This document shows, in pieces, positions 1 to 13,686 of a stretch of DNA of 64,000 bases. The stretch comes from Chromera velia (lineage: Eukaryota): assembly GCA_018398765.1 (NCBI GenBank), contig JAHBMJ010000124.1:1-64000 (forward strand). The letters run 5' to 3'. Every line of letters begins with the position of its first letter. Within the stretch, counting starts at the first letter, position 1. The position numbers and the translations under genes were made by a program. The notes below the pieces were generated by a model. That model worked only from the letters and a program-made list of their open reading frames with translations, ran no database searches and had not been told where the DNA came from.

Positions 1-1278
1 CCCCCCCCCCCCACCGGCAGCCTCACCAGAGGACGAGACGCCTGCCTTGACCAATTCCATTCGCAGTCTCTCTCTGTCCGCTTCAACACCACTCGCCCCC
101 CCATGTGCCGACGGGTCGTCTCCCAGCCCCCGGGGGGAGCTCATGGGAGTCTGGACCGGCCTCTGCCCCCCCCCTGCCTCTGGAGGGTGGGTCTGGGAAA
201 CAGACACCGTGCGGGATGGCAGGCCCCGACCAGTCGCGGGGGGGCGCCACACAGGTCCAGCAACCTGCAGGAAGAAATGCACACATGCGGGAGGGAGGAA
301 GGTGACAAGACCCGCAAATCAAACCAGTACGCGATCGACAAGCACAGGGTAAGGTCCGGTCGGAAAATTCGGGATGATGATTGCTGAGAGAGACTGAATA
401 AGCCAAGCCGAGAGGAACACTTGCGTCGATATTCCGCATCTTTAAAAACTAGGTGGCCAAACAGAAAGATGAACAAGGAGCGAAAGGCGAAAAGAAATGC
501 GTAAGGTCACAGCGACTCGTGAGATAGGTTGTGTGGGTGGGGGAGGCTGCCTGCTATGGACAGGAATTGCCGCCTGATTTAGAACAAAGTCATATGTAAA
601 TGGTAAGTATTGAAGGGAAAAAAGGCAAGAAAAAAAGTCTTTCAGGTGAAAGACCGTGCAACTGACCTGCGGGTGGAAGCTGTAGAGTGAGTTGACTTTG
701 TGTGCGTGTTCGGGAGATACGACAGCCTCTAGCAGGGGCGCAACGAGTGCAGGCAACTCGGATGGGGGGACTGCAAGGATTCAAACAGAAAAAACAAACA
801 AAACGTCATTCAGACAGAAGGTGCGAAAGCAAACATCTCAGCACTGAGGAAGAGGAAAAGCGAGAGGCAAAGTGGGTGAACACTATACGGGCCAGAAGAT
901 TTTTCAAAATAGATCCGTGCACTGACTGACCGACCTACCTTCTTTCCCGTCTCCTGGTTTGAAGACAAGCAGTTCGAGTGCCGCCTTTAGCCTGTCAAGA
1001 TCCGCGCCGAATTCATGTACTAAGTCTTTGGACTTAGCAAATGCTGGGGGGATCATCGTTCGAGCTTTGTGCACTTCCATCAGTCTCTTCCATTCGTCCT
1101 CTGATTCTATCTTCTTCTCTGCAGTCACCGCGACTGGGTGAGAGATGACCAGCTCCGTCTCTCCAGTCTCCCCCCCCGCTTCCATCTTCAGAGGAGCGGG
1201 AGGACTTTTGCCTTGCCGTTCCCCGTCTCCAACCGCGGCACTCTGGCCATCCTCAGGCGAAGACTTCGACAGATCCAT
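1..1278 (-). CDS. 5' part of a multi-exon hypothetical protein (runs off the window start)
   Basis: ATG at 1278 (MDLSKSSPEDG...). Exon 1278-939 ends at a GTAGGT donor. Exon 770-667 (VPPSELPALVAPLLEAVVSPEHAHKVNSLYSFHPQ) lies between cag and GTCAGT. Further likely exons at ~573 and from ~264 to the window edge (VAGPVWRPP...RERLRMELVKAG). No recognisable domain. Confidence 0.6.
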
Positions 1279-2509
1279 GGGCAAGGTTGAGAAAACCAAA
1301 AGCGCAAACTTAAAGTGCTTGGTTGTCTAACACGTGTCGGGACCAGGGGCTTTACCGAACGCTCTGTCAACCCTGCAGATCCTCAGAAGCAGGAAATGAC
1401 TAAGTGCGAACAGATGAAGCGAGGCTCTTGACTCTGTGCCGAGCTTCAAATGGACCACCTGCCCCCCTTCAACAACACAAAAAAAGTGGCGCTCGTCTCC
1501 TGTCCCGTGCGTCAGCAACCATAAAAATTGGGCAGCAGCAACTTCTCTAAGTGCACCACGTGCCTTCCACTTGAAGGCTCAACCTCCCAACTTTATGCAA
1601 AAGAAAGAAGGAGGGAAACGCCCGGCGCTGGTTGCAATGCTCCTCAGGACGGCGGCCACTAAACAGTAGTTCCCCCACGTCTCTCAGACTGCACGCGTAA
1701 CATTGGCATGCTGAATGTATGAGAGGCTCGGAAGCAGGCAAAGAGATCAGAATGTCTGGGAAAAGACGATTACTAAGTAGAGCAACATTGGGCGGCCCTC
1801 TCTATCGTTGTCACATACGGCCGCATGCGGCAGAACAGTCTTTGACAACGCCCGTTGCTTGCCGGCCCCAGAAAGAAAAACAGAAATCGGCAAGAGTACG
1901 TGCGAAGTCGATCAAAGTCGATCTGTAATATGATTCTGTATCGGTGTGCACGAGTCTTGTGCGCACGAGTGACGAGTCTCGTACACGGGGTAGCACGGGG
2001 CCCGGGGCCGGTCCGAGGCCCGGTCGGCTAGCTAGCTTGCCAAGGGCGGGTTGGGTTACAACTTGGGTAGAGGTAAGGAAGAATAAGCAAAATGTCAAGC
2101 AGATTGGTGAGTGTTTTAAAAATGCTCTATACAAATTCCATAATCTGTCTGACTTCTGATCATCTTTCATCGATCGGCAGATGCCCATTATACAGTCCAT
2201 AGGTATCCATAGGAAGGGGATAGAAGGGGATACAAAAAAAATTACTTATCGCACAGTATAGGATGATGATGATGATAATGATGATTGAGGGTTAAATCCT
2301 AGATTTAGCGACGCCAAACCCCAAGCCACTAGCAAGGCTTTGAGGATAAGGAAGGGGAGATTATTCATCACAAATGGACTCACGGTCAAATGCGGCGGCG
2401 CCCACTATGGGATAAGTAGACCCATGCGGCGGTGTCTATGGGATCCAGAGGGGGGCAGGGGGTAGAAGGGGGTCAGCTAACCTTATCTCACACTGTGGGA
2501 TTAAAGAGT

Positions 2510-2762
2510 ACCTCTCTAAACCTAACTATCACTTGAAAGAATATAATCAAGATGATTTATATCTGCGGACCCAGAGACTGCGGTATTGATTTTTAAGAGA
2601 CCGTTTGCATGTGTGGCAGCGATGATTAAGACACGACCCAAATGAACGGCTTGCGTTTTCAAGATATACCCTAAACAATCCACGCCTACATGTGGCGCGG
2701 GCTTTTAAATTTATCCAAAAATGCGCCTTCAACTTTCAAGTGATACTTAGGTTTAGGGAGGT
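2510..2762. mobile_element. ~250-bp MITE-like element with 30-bp terminal inverted repeats
   Basis: Left arm ACCTCTCTAAACCTAACTATCACTTGAAAG versus reverse complement of the right arm ACCTCCCTAAACCTAAGTATCACTTGAAAG (28/30). TA is present at the left edge; the right flank reads TC. Confidence 0.75.
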
Positions 2763-5096
2763 CTCCCCACGATTTTTAGCAGATTCAATACAGGAAGATT
2801 TAACATGGAGGGCGATTGGAAGTAAACTTTTGAAGAACCTACAATTAAACCTTAAACTTCTACGCTGAACTACACTGACCTTATGCGAACATGACATGCA
2901 TTAAGAGCGACTTGATCTATACAAAGTTTAATATCCTTCCTCATATATCTAATGAATCAATCAATCCTCCTACATCCAAGTTAGATTGTGTTCTCATTTT
3001 AGTTTCGGATAAAAGGTGAACACACAGCGAGGAAAGAATTGGAACAGGGGAGAGAAACAAGAGGATTTTTAGAGGAAAGACAGAGAAAAAAAGACAACAA
3101 GTATTCTCAGGTTAGGAACAGGCCGAGGTCACAATTTTTTAGGGGGACGGTAGACCAGCTTGATTAGTAATCCAACTTGGGAAGGAAAACACACACAAAA
3201 AGAGGAAAACTTAAGATGGATGGATGGATGGATGATAGGAGCAAAGGCAGAGGGAGGGACAGAGAGGGTTTGCCACAAAAAAATGAAAAAATCTGCTGGG
3301 AACTTCAAGAAATTTTAAGACAGGATCGAGGCAGAAATAGGTGGGAGAAAGAGACATTATCAACCTTGCCAGTGAGGAACGTTCTGGACGAGAGAGAAGG
3401 AAAATAATAGAGAGAAAGAAGGGAGGGGGGCGGTGAATGGGAGAGAGAGAGGAACAGAAACACCTAGAGGGAAAGGAACAGAAGGAGAGAGAGGCAGGAA
3501 AGGAGAGAGAAGGAGAAAAAAGAGATAGAAGAGAGCGAAGAAGACAAAGACCCTGGAGTGGAGAGATAGGGGTGTGAGAATGACAGGAGAGAAGAGACAA
3601 GCTAGAGAGGGAAAGAATCGAGAGAATTTGAAGGGGCAGATCCTGCTGTAAAAGCTTAGGGATTGATATATAAAATCAAACGGATAGAGAGAGGCGGAAT
3701 GCAGCATGGGGGAGAAAAAGAGGGGACACCCATCGCTGTCCACACAGACGTTACCCGAAAGTAGCCAACCGGGCCTGAGCTCGTCTCCACCGCCCTTCTA
3801 CAGCTCCGAAGTGAAGACGCCGATTGATATCCCATGTCGGATTCGAAATCTATCTGCAGGCATTCATTCACACCCACCGAAAGCCTCCATTGCTCTGTAC
3901 TGCTAGTCTGTACTGTCTGTGATGGCATGCCAGCCCCACACTGAAGCGGAGACATGATGCGATTGAGGTGTATCGCGCAGTACTCAGAATCATCATCAAT
4001 CATCCCTTGCACGTGGATATATACAACAGCGAAAGAAACGGCAGAAGAGAGAATCTCTGATCATACAGTGGTCCCTCAGTCAGTCAGGAAGTCCGCAATA
4101 ATGTCATTAATGCCAACGGCCTTATAAATGTTTGTACAGCCACGCACATTCAAGCCATGCATGCGCGCGAGAGTATGTTTGTGTGAAGACAGCCAGGCCA
4201 ATACACGAAGGCACGAGGGAGCCTTTCTTTCCAGAACTCCACTCAGCAAGCAGACTTTAAGTGGCGGCCCTGGCCCCCTTTCAGCCACACGCAGGTGTCA
4301 CTCTTTTCGACCTACTCATACCAATAGGGGACTTTTCACAACCCTACAAGCAGAAAACAGTCGTCAGGGTTTACCAGTCGCTTACAGTTTGATTCACAGA
4401 GAAACCAAAGGGAAAAGGCGAATGGGCCTTCTGTTGCTCCACGAAAGCTAGCAAAGTCTTCGCAATTTCACACAAAAACAGCACCATGCAACAGGAATTA
4501 TCATCCTGTCCCCCCTTCCCTTTTCCCATTTGCATGGCGGGGACATAAGCCGTGTTACCCAGACTCTCAACGACATGGAGAGATCGAAACAAACATACCA
4601 CTGGAGGCTTGCAGAAAAATTGTAGAAGAGTACCTTGAATTTCGACGGAAAAGAGAAAACGAGACGAGCGCTTGCACAACAAAGACTGAACAAGTTTTCG
4701 GTTCAGTCTGGTCCCATTCTGATCACACCTTCACCTATTTGCGTTATCTATACCGATTTTTAATTATATAAATTTATCATAAGTTCTGATTATGGTAGGT
4801 TGTCTAAGAGTTCTTGTAGAATTAACCGTATCATCTCGGGTCACTGCATGAGGCCGGGTGGCGGGCGGCCTCATTCTGTCCAGAACATCTGTCGACGGTT
4901 TCGAAGTTTCGATCTAGCTAGGTTTTGATCAACCCTGCGCGCCGCTTGCGGTCAGCTTGCCGCGATCCGGCGCGGGCTCGCGCGGTGCGTAGGCTGCGGT
5001 GAACTGCATGCATGGCCCCAGAAAGCGAAGTGGGAGGCACTTACCAAACAATCCCCTGAGCCCACGATGCATGGAGCTTTCATCAAAAAAAAGCTA

Positions 5097-6083
5097 GGGG
5101 GTAGCACTAAGATGAACATTATAGGTACCCCTAGTTTGGCGGGCTTCCTAACTAGTGAGAATAATAGTTTAGACTTATGCTACCTAAAAGTTATAGATAT
5201 AGAATATGTTAGAGATTCGATTTCTATTTTGGCGGGCCATTCATGCTTTCTAGTTCATAAAAAATTGTTGTTCAAAGGTGGTGTCGCCACGATCTGGTGG
5301 TGCTTTTCATGGTGGGGATAGACTTTGACAAACCTTCCCCTCGCGCCAGTACGCCTGCCCCGCCACGTCCCGCCAGACACAGTCAATCCCCGCCAAGAAA
5401 TATGAACACCTCACGCATACCCTGCAAGGTCTCTGTGTCTGTTGCATAGACAGATAGGCAGAGAGATAAACAGATAGACAGAAAGACAGGCAGGCAGGCA
5501 AACGAGAAGAGAGAATGAACAGGCAGTCGGTCAGTCGTAGACAGGCAGGCAGGCAGGTAGACAAACGAGAAGAGAGAACGAGCAGACAGTTAGTCAGTCG
5601 TAGACAGGCAGACAGGCAGACAGGCAGGCCATTCTATACCAACCAATATCAATCAATGGGTTTGGGTAGAGAGAACTGTGTGAACCAACTGCTTAAGGTG
5701 GCAGATCCAGGCGGCGGGTGGTGGCGGGAGGCTGGCGGGTGGTGGTGGGGGGCTAGTGGGGGGCAGACGGGGACATAAGAGCGCGGTAGACTTTCCTTTG
5801 GCGGGTATTTCTTTCGTTGGCGGGAGGGTCCAAGCATTGATAGACTCCAGGGCCCCGCCAGGTTAAGCTGCCCGCCACCCTGCCAAATCGTGGCAACATG
5901 TCTTTGAACCAATTTTTTGAAGTGAAGATATAACCCGCCATCAGTTCTGTTAGCTTAAATCAACACTTTAGAATGTGGAAAAAAAGATTGGTATATAAAC
6001 TAAGTACCCGTCATATCTAGATTTTTTGTTAGAGAATGTATAAAGTTAGGGTCACCCTTATACAGTAATGTAGTGCTACCCCC
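5097..6083. mobile_element. ~1-kb non-autonomous DNA transposon with GGGGGTAGCACTA TIRs inserted at CTAG
   Basis: CTAGGGGGTAGCACTA (5094-5109) and TAGTGCTACCCCCTAG (6071-6086) are a perfect 16-bp inverted repeat. Flanks fit a TA or CTAG target duplication within an A-tract. Internal GGCGGG/CCCGCC motifs; no transposase ORF. Confidence 0.75.
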
Positions 6084-6285
6084 TAGAAAAAAAGGGCCCT
6101 AGAAAGAACTGTCCCCTTCGGCTGGAAAAGCGCTGACCGATTTCTGAAGTGCCCCGATGCGCGTGCTTTGATGTGCGTGCATCAGATGAAGGCTTTTATG
6201 ACTTCGGAAAGCGAAGCGGGGGGCACTTACAAAACAAAAATACCCCAGCCCATGCATGCATGCACACAGTCTTTCACCAAAAAAA

Positions 6286-6541
6286 GGCCCCGGAAAGATC
6301 CCGCCCCAAATGGTCCAGAAAAGCGTGCATGAACCCGCGTCGTCATGCATGCGTGCGTCAGTGGCCCCGGAAAGTGACAGGCTGCATCCCCGGGCTTTTT
6401 TCCTGGTGGAGGGCTGGTTCTGCGGCTTTTCCCGCGGGGGGGGGGGGGGGNNGGGGGGGGGGGGGGGTCGGCGCGACCGCCCGGCCGGCTGGCCGGCGTG
6501 CGTCAATCGTGAAGTTCTCATTTTTCTTGCTTTCCGGGGCC
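6286..6541. promoter_or_regulatory. GGCCCCGGAAA x3 plus GCATGC(A) motifs upstream of GPATCH3
   Basis: 6286-6296, 6363-6373 and 6531-6541 (reverse). CATGCATGCATGCA at ~6251. Confidence 0.5.
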
Positions 6542-6842
6542 GTTCGCAAGCTTGCTTGCGTCAGATGCATGCCGCGCGGCTTGCCACTGCACCCACAAAA
6601 ATCACACCGCGGGGTTGCACGATGGTTGCACGTCAGACGCGTACTCGGACGTCGATCCGTAGACTTTCACTCGACCTTCTGGCCCTTCATTTCAAACCTC
6701 AGACTGCATCTCAGGCGGTTCTGTCATGTTCAATGCTGTCTGAGAACCTTTTTCGTCTTTCTGGATCTACTCCCCGCGGTGCCCCTCCGACAACAGGAGG
6801 ATGAACAGGGAGACGGGAGGAGGGCAGCCGTCTCCCCCTGTG

Positions 6843-9800
6843 ATGGCACTGTTGCTTGACATACCCCAGGCTTTTGAGGCGTCTGATCTTCGTGATGCGT
6901 TTCGGCACGCCGTCGACTCTCAGACCTTCCACCACTTTCACTTCTGTAGAAGGAAGATGCCGGACAAGGCTCACTGTTGCGCACTAGCTCTCTTTCCTTC
7001 ACGAGAGGTCAGCCACTTATATCCACAGAGGCATACAGAGTCCCTTCATGCGCCCGACGCCTCCCGATTCACCTTTTCAGGAAAAACACGTGTCTTAATG
7101 TGGGACGCTATCCTGCACACATGCTAAATCGCTCTTGCTTGGTGGCGTTGAACAGGCAATCTCACAACATCCGTTCATTTCCCGTCCCTTCTGAGCCACG
7201 CTCTTCTATTCATTCATTGACTCACACGTACTTCAGCCCAGCCCCACATGTGTCGATCAATCGAATCATATTCGCTCTCTGCAGGGTCTGTCTGCCTTCT
7301 GCAAGTCCTATGAAGGCTCGGAGTGGCACGAGCTGTGTGCACTTCCACGTGGACGGAATCGGAGCGCTCTGAGGGGGCGGGGGGGGGACCTTCTTCGCTG
7401 TCGTGTCCTTGCGATTGTGGAAAAATCAACCAGTCCCCCTCGTGGACAGCCGAAGGAAAAGAAAGGAAAAGAAAAAACAAAAGCGAAAGCAGCTGGTAGA
7501 GAGAAAGAAACAGAGACGGTCTCCTCTCAGACACCTGAGAGACGAGGGGAGCTTTGTATCGAGGAGGCCCTTTTATATCTTGGAGAGAAAAATTTGAGTT
7601 CCTTGCCGGAGCTCCTTCAGCCCTCTGGTCTGCCCAGAGGTAATGTGGGGACTTCGGAGGGCACTGTGAAAGAGTCCATTCGACGCGGGTTGATTCCTCC
7701 GAGGGCTATTCGTGCGTTGGGGTTTGACATCTCCTCCGTTCTTGCAAAGACAAGAGTAGAGAGGTCTGAGATTCCACCTCCCCCCTCTCTGATACCCCAG
7801 GTTTCAGAAAGATCATCTGACCGTCCCTCCCTCCTTTTGATGAGCAAAAACAAGGAAAGAGGAGATCAACAGGCCGCCTCAAGCTTGTGCAAAGATGCCC
7901 TTTCTGCTGGGGTGGAGGCTTCAAGTTGTCATCCTGGAGATGTGAGGAGACGGCAGCAAAGGTCAGATTCGGGGGGTAGGATTCTCTCAATCCCATTCCG
8001 TTTGGAAGATCACAAGCCAAAGGATAGAGGGACGAGTGAAGACAGTTCAGAGGAGGGGGGGGAACGAGGAGACGGAAAGGAAGAAAATTGTAGAAAGGGA
8101 AAAAGTACACAAAAAGTGAGCATGGATGACACAGTACAAGGCAATGGCTTTCACGTTTCTGCTTCTGCCTCTGCACCAGTCGGCTCTTCGTCTTCGTGTG
8201 GGTCTTCTAGAGGATTTCTCCGGAGGCTGCCTGTGACCAGAGGGGGAAAGTTCTTCCCCCTCCCTCACCCTCACGCGAAGCTGAGGGGGCAACAGAGTGA
8301 CACAGACCCCCCTCCTATTCCTCCCCCCAGTGTGTTGAAGAAGGGCGGATCAGTGGGACCACCTGCCGTCCAGAGTGGTGTCTCCTCAGCCCCTTCCGCC
8401 AGCGCAGTCAAAGGCGCACAGAGAAAGAAGAGAGGGGCGACCAGCTTTGAGTCTGAATGTGCAGAAAGAGAAAAACAAGTTCACCTTTCAGCCGAAGAGA
8501 AGGACGAAGATGATGAAGGCGATTGCATGGGAGGGATCGCCCCTTCCTCTCTTCCGGGTGAGGCCTTCTCCCTTCGTGAAGCTGAGAGAAGGCGGAAGGC
8601 ATTGGAGGACCAAGCAGCTCTGAGGGCTTTTCAAGAGAGGGAAAGGGGGGGCGCTGGGAACCCTCAAACAGATGCGAATGCCCGTCCTCTGAACAAACGA
8701 GGAGGACGAGAAGGAGGAGGAGGAGGGGGTGTTGCGCTTCCTGTGAAGAGATGGAAGGAAGCGTTACTGAAGAGGGATGCCTCGCTGAGAGGAATGGACA
8801 GGAGAGCCAGAGGTAGGCGAGGGGGTGCGTGTACGAAAGAGGAGAGAAGGGAAAGGAAGGAAAGGAACAGACGGCAAAGACGATTTGTTTTTCAGCTCTG
8901 TAGTTCATTGTCTTGCTCTGATCTGTTTGAGGTCGTGCAAGAATGTCGAAAAGCTCTTTGAACATTCATCCATGGAGAGAAAGGGAGGAGGGAAGAACTA
9001 AAGAAACACAAACAGGCTTACAGAAAAAGAGAGAAACAGTTACAGCCTTGCTTCTGTACTTGCAATGCGACCGTCGGACCCTTGACCGACTCTTTCTGAA
9101 GAGCGCTCTCTTCATGCACAGGGCTTTAGAGAGAGATGCTGAATCACATCTGCAGGCTCGATTTGAAAGGCGAAGAAGCAGCAGCACTCAAGCAAACCAA
9201 CCAAGCAAATCCATTCCAGAATTCACGAATGAGAAATGACCAACTGGTCTTCGCCAACCCCGTCTTGCGTCTTGGTCGCTCCCTCTCCCTATCCCTCTGT
9301 GTATGTGTCTGTGTGAGTGTCTGTGTGAGTGTCTGTGTCTGTCTTTGTATGCAGAGACGGCAGAGACTCACTTCGAGAGAGTTGCTGCAAAGAGAAGAAG
9401 AATGCAGATGGCAGATGATGACGAAGCTGAGGGTCGGTCCGTCAGTGTCTCTTTTCCACCTCCCACGGTTAAGGTCTCTCATGATGATTTTGATCTTCAT
9501 ATTCTTTGATCTTATTTTTGTATTGAATTTCTTCTTCAGTGTTGACGAAGCAATGGACGAAGGAGGAAACATGCAATGCAGACTCAGCCAGCCAGTCAGC
9601 CACCCAATCGCTTCATCTCTCACTGATTTACTCACTCAGCCAGTCAACCAGTCAGCCAGTGCGCCATCAAGTCAGTCAATCAGTCGCTCACTCGTTCACC
9701 GACTCCTTATTGCCTCACTCATTCACTCACTCAGCCAAATAGTGAGCCAGCTCGCACAACCTCCCGCACACCTCCCGCACACCTCCCGCAAACCTCCTGC

Positions 9801-11389
9801 ACACCTTCTGCACACCTCCTGCACACCTTCTGCACACCTCCCGCACACCTCCCGCACACTTTCCGCACACCTCCCGCACACCTTCCGCACACCTCCTGAC
9901 AGCTTCCGCACACCTTCTGCACACCTCCCGCACACCTTCTGCACACCTCCCGCACACCTCCCGCACACCTTCTGCACACCTTCCGCACACCTCCCGCACA
10001 CCTTCTGCACACCTCCCGCACAGCTTCCGCACATCTTCCGCACACCTTCTGCACAACTCCCGCACACCTTCTGCACACCTCCCGCACACCTTCCGTACAC
10101 CTCCCGCACACCTTCTGCACACCTTCCGCACACCTCCCGCACACCTTCTGCACACCTCCCGCACACCTTCCGCACACCTTCCGCACACCTTCCGCACACC
10201 TCCCGCACACCTTCCGCACACCTTCCGCACACCTTCTGCACACCTCCCGCACACCTTCCGCACACCTCCCGCACACCTTCCGCACACCTCCTGCACACCT
10301 CCCGCACAGCTTCCGCACACCTCCTGCACACCTTCTGCACACCTCCCGCACACCTCCCGCACACCTCCCGCACACCTCCCGCACACCTTCCGCACACCTC
10401 CTGCACAGCTCCCGCACACCTCCCGCAAACCTCCCGCACACCTCCCGCACACCTTCTGCACACCCTCCCGCACACCTCCCGCACACCTTCCGCACACCTT
10501 CCGCACACCTCCCGCACACCTCCCGCACACCTCCTGCACACCTCCCGCACGCCTCCCGCACACCTTCTGCAAACCTTCCGCACACCTCCCGCACACCTCC
10601 CGCACACCTTCTGCACACCTTCGGCACACCTCCCACACACCTCCCGCACACCTTCTGCACACCTGCCGCACACCTCCCGCACACGTTCCGCACATCTCCC
10701 GCACACCTTCTGCACACCTCCCGCACACCTTCTGCACACCTCCCGCACACCGCCCGCACACCTCCTGCACACCTTCCGCACACCTCCTGCACACCTTCTG
10801 CGCACCTCGCGCACACCTTCCGCACACCTCCCGCACACCTCCCGCACACCTCCCGCACACCTCCCGCACACCTCCCGCACACCTCCTGCACACCTCCCGC
10901 ACACCTCCCGCACACTTTCCGCACACCTCCCGCACACCTTCTCCACACATTCCGCACACGTTCTCCACACCTTCCGCACACCTTCTGCACACCCTCCCGC
11001 ACACCTCCCGCACACCTTCCGCACACCTCCCGCACACCTTCTGCACACCTTCCGCACACCTTCCGCACACCTCCCGCACACTTTCCGCACACTTTCTGCA
11101 CACCTTCCGCACACCTTCCGCACACTTGCGCACACCTTCCGTCTCCTGCCTGCTCCATCTGCTTCGCTCTGCACTCTTTTTTTGTAGCCTGTCTCTTCCT
11201 TCCTTTTTCTTCCCTGCAGCCTGGGAGATTACCGAAGCCCAACTTGGCGCTGTACCTGCACAACACTACGAGAGGAGCGACCGCCTAGACAGGTAAGTGC
11301 GTGCGGGCGTCATCGGGGGTCCATCACGCTGCAGTCTCCCTCTCTCTCTCTCTCCCCCTCCCCGCCGGGGCTCTCTCTCTTGTGTGTGT

Positions 11390-11427
<38 letters not shown>

Positions 11428-11527
11428 TGGTCCGTGCGACACCTCTGATTCTCCTTTCCGCACACATGAGTTCTCCTAAGCATGCATACGCACCCATCTA
11501 GCCACCCACTTTCTTTCTTTCTTTTTT

Positions 11528-11559
<32 letters not shown>

Positions 11560-11569
11560 TCCTTCCTTC

Positions 11570-11611
<42 letters not shown>

Positions 11612-13123
11612 CTCAACGCCTTTGAATGAACGAACTCCAATGAGACTCTCTCTTTTTTGCGTGTCGTCCATCCACCCACACACCCATCCTCCGTTACTTT
11701 CTGGGCGTCTGTCTGTCTGTGGACTTCTGATTGTCCGTGTCGGGCTCTCACGTTGTGTCTGTCTGCGTTCTTCGTCTATCTGCATGAACCGCGAAGGATG
11801 GTCAGCTCGTTGCTCTGTGTGCATTTGGACTACTCATTTCGGAGCTGAGAGGATTCGATATCGATCACATCGTGTGTTCTTTTGCGTGCCTACATACCTC
11901 TCAGCTTTCTTCTCTTTGTCTGGCTGTTTGTCTTGTCCGCGTGCAGTGCTGCAGGGTACCTTTACGAAGACGCCGTTGAGAACCCATGGGACAAGCACGA
12001 CGCGAGCGGGCTGGTGCACTATACAGACGCGGCATTTTGGGACCAGATGGCCGGGGATTTTCACGAGAGGACGGCGGACGATTTGGACGTTGACTTTCGT
12101 GAGGAGACGGGGGAGGACGGGGAGAAGGAGTATGTGGACAGAGAGATGCAAGCGTTGTGGGGGGGCCAGTGGGGGGAAGAGAGGTTGCGGCAAGAGGTGA
12201 AAGAGAGACGGTCGCAAGAGGCGTTTGAACGTTTTGTCGCTGGGGGTGTGGCGGGGCGAATGATGAAACAGTGGGGGGGGAGGGAGGGGGAAGGTCTGGG
12301 CATGGCGTCCTCCTCTTCTGCCGCTTCTTCTTTGCAGGAGACGAACAGAAGGGAGGAGGGACGAGGGCCCGATGCGAGAAAAGGATCTTTGTATACACTG
12401 TCAGAGAAAGAGTGGGAAGAAATAGATGAATCTGGTGGGGCAGGCAGGGGGCAGCCGTCTCTCTGTGTATCTCGACAGCGAGATAGGCCAAAGGAGTTGG
12501 CATCAACAGGAAGAAGATCAAAAGGGGGAGAAGAAAGCCTACAAGAAAGACAGGTGGAGACGGGCGCTTCGTCTTCCGGTCTACCGACAAGTTCTGTCTT
12601 CAAATCCGTCCTTCTGCAACAGAAAGTGGAGACGGGAAGGCACGGGATTGGATACGGGCGGGGACTGTCCCTGGATGAAACCACCAAAAAAGCATCAGAG
12701 GAGGCAGCAGCCAACGCCGCCCCCCCTGCCCCTGGTGCTAGGACACGTCTTGGTGGCACCGCAGGGCTTCCTCTTTTACTGAAGGGGGCAGTGCGAGCTG
12801 CTCGGCGTCCGGCCGTGCCGCCTGACCTCCTTGAAAACGGAGGGTCAGATGAGGAGTCAAATGAGCGACAGGAGAAGGCAGCAAAGCGTGATGGATTGCA
12901 AAGGCAACGAGAACGAAGGGATGGCTTCAGGCTGCGGGGACGGGAAGAAAGAGCTCATATTCCTCAGTTGGGACGGGGTCTCCCGACGCATCAGAAAGTC
13001 ATTGGGATGCAAATAGATAGCGATCAACAAGGGCGTGCTGGCGTGAGAGAGACAAACCCTGTGAGCGAAATGGATCCTGCCTTCATGGCTTCGTTTCAAA
13101 TAGAAGACCAAAAATGCTTGTAA
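6843..13123 (+). CDS. GPATCH3: G-patch domain-containing protein 3-like; join(6843..7007,7285..8812,9355..9432,11220..11292,11947..13123)
   Basis: Motifs typical of GPATCH3: IPQAFEASDLRDAF...FHF...CCALAL, LPELLQPSGLPRGNVGT...IPPRAIRALG, YLYEDAVENPWDKHDASGLVHYTDAAFW...GDFHERTADDLDVD, and the G-patch FERFVAGGVAGRMMKQWGGREGEGLG. All introns are GT-AG with compatible phases. Confidence 0.85.
9752..11140. repeat. Intronic 11-bp minisatellite (CCTYCYGCACA)n, ~1.4 kb
   Basis: Tandem cctcccgcaca / ccttccgcaca / ccttctgcaca units inside GPATCH3 intron 3. Confidence 0.95.
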
Positions 13124-13271
13124 TAAATCTTTTTAGAATTTTTTTGTGTATGGTGGAAACGCTTGGCGTATAAGCGTTGTATCTCTAGCTAGATCTCTAG
13201 CTGTATCTAGTGTCATGGTCGTATAACGAGCTAAGCGTATCATAGAAGAAAAAAAAAGTATATATCTCAAT

Positions 13272-13686
13272 CTAGGCTTAGATTCAATATATACATATAG
13301 ATATCTTTAGGGTTCCCCTAATATGATAATATAAATATAATATAATATAATATAACATCTACATAAATTCACCCGTGTTTGTCTTTTTTTCTCTTTTAAT
13401 TCATTTGAACAGAGCAACTTATCTCTGAATCTAGCTCTGAATCTTTTTCAAAAACCGCCTCAAAATACATTAATCAAAGAGACGCGTTATCATCAGATTT
13501 TGCAGGACAGATCTAGATGGATCTTCATTCTCTGCTAGATTCTTTAGTAGATTCTCTGACTCATCTCTGGCTTTCAACCCAATCTTCATCCTCTCATATT
13601 ACATTAAGTTTATATTATATTATATATTACATTGTATTATATTAGCGTTTTGTCTGAAATATAATATATATTGAATCCGAGCCTAG
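13272..13686. mobile_element. 415-bp MITE with CTAGGC termini and a perfect 8-bp TSD (ATCTCAAT)
   Basis: CTAGGCTTAGATTCAATATATA ... TATATATTGAATCCGAGCCTAG, flanked on both sides by ATCTCAAT (13264-13271, 13687-13694). Additional inverted AT-rich subterminal blocks. Confidence 0.85.

Noticed and set aside
3656..4700. Minus-strand exon-like fragments
   Set aside because: Could not be assembled into a consistent reading frame or family; possibly a decayed gene.
9136..11266. Long ORFs of 468-683 aa on both strands
   Set aside because: Products of the stop-poor 11-bp intronic minisatellite; the flanking GPATCH3 exons splice across it in frame.
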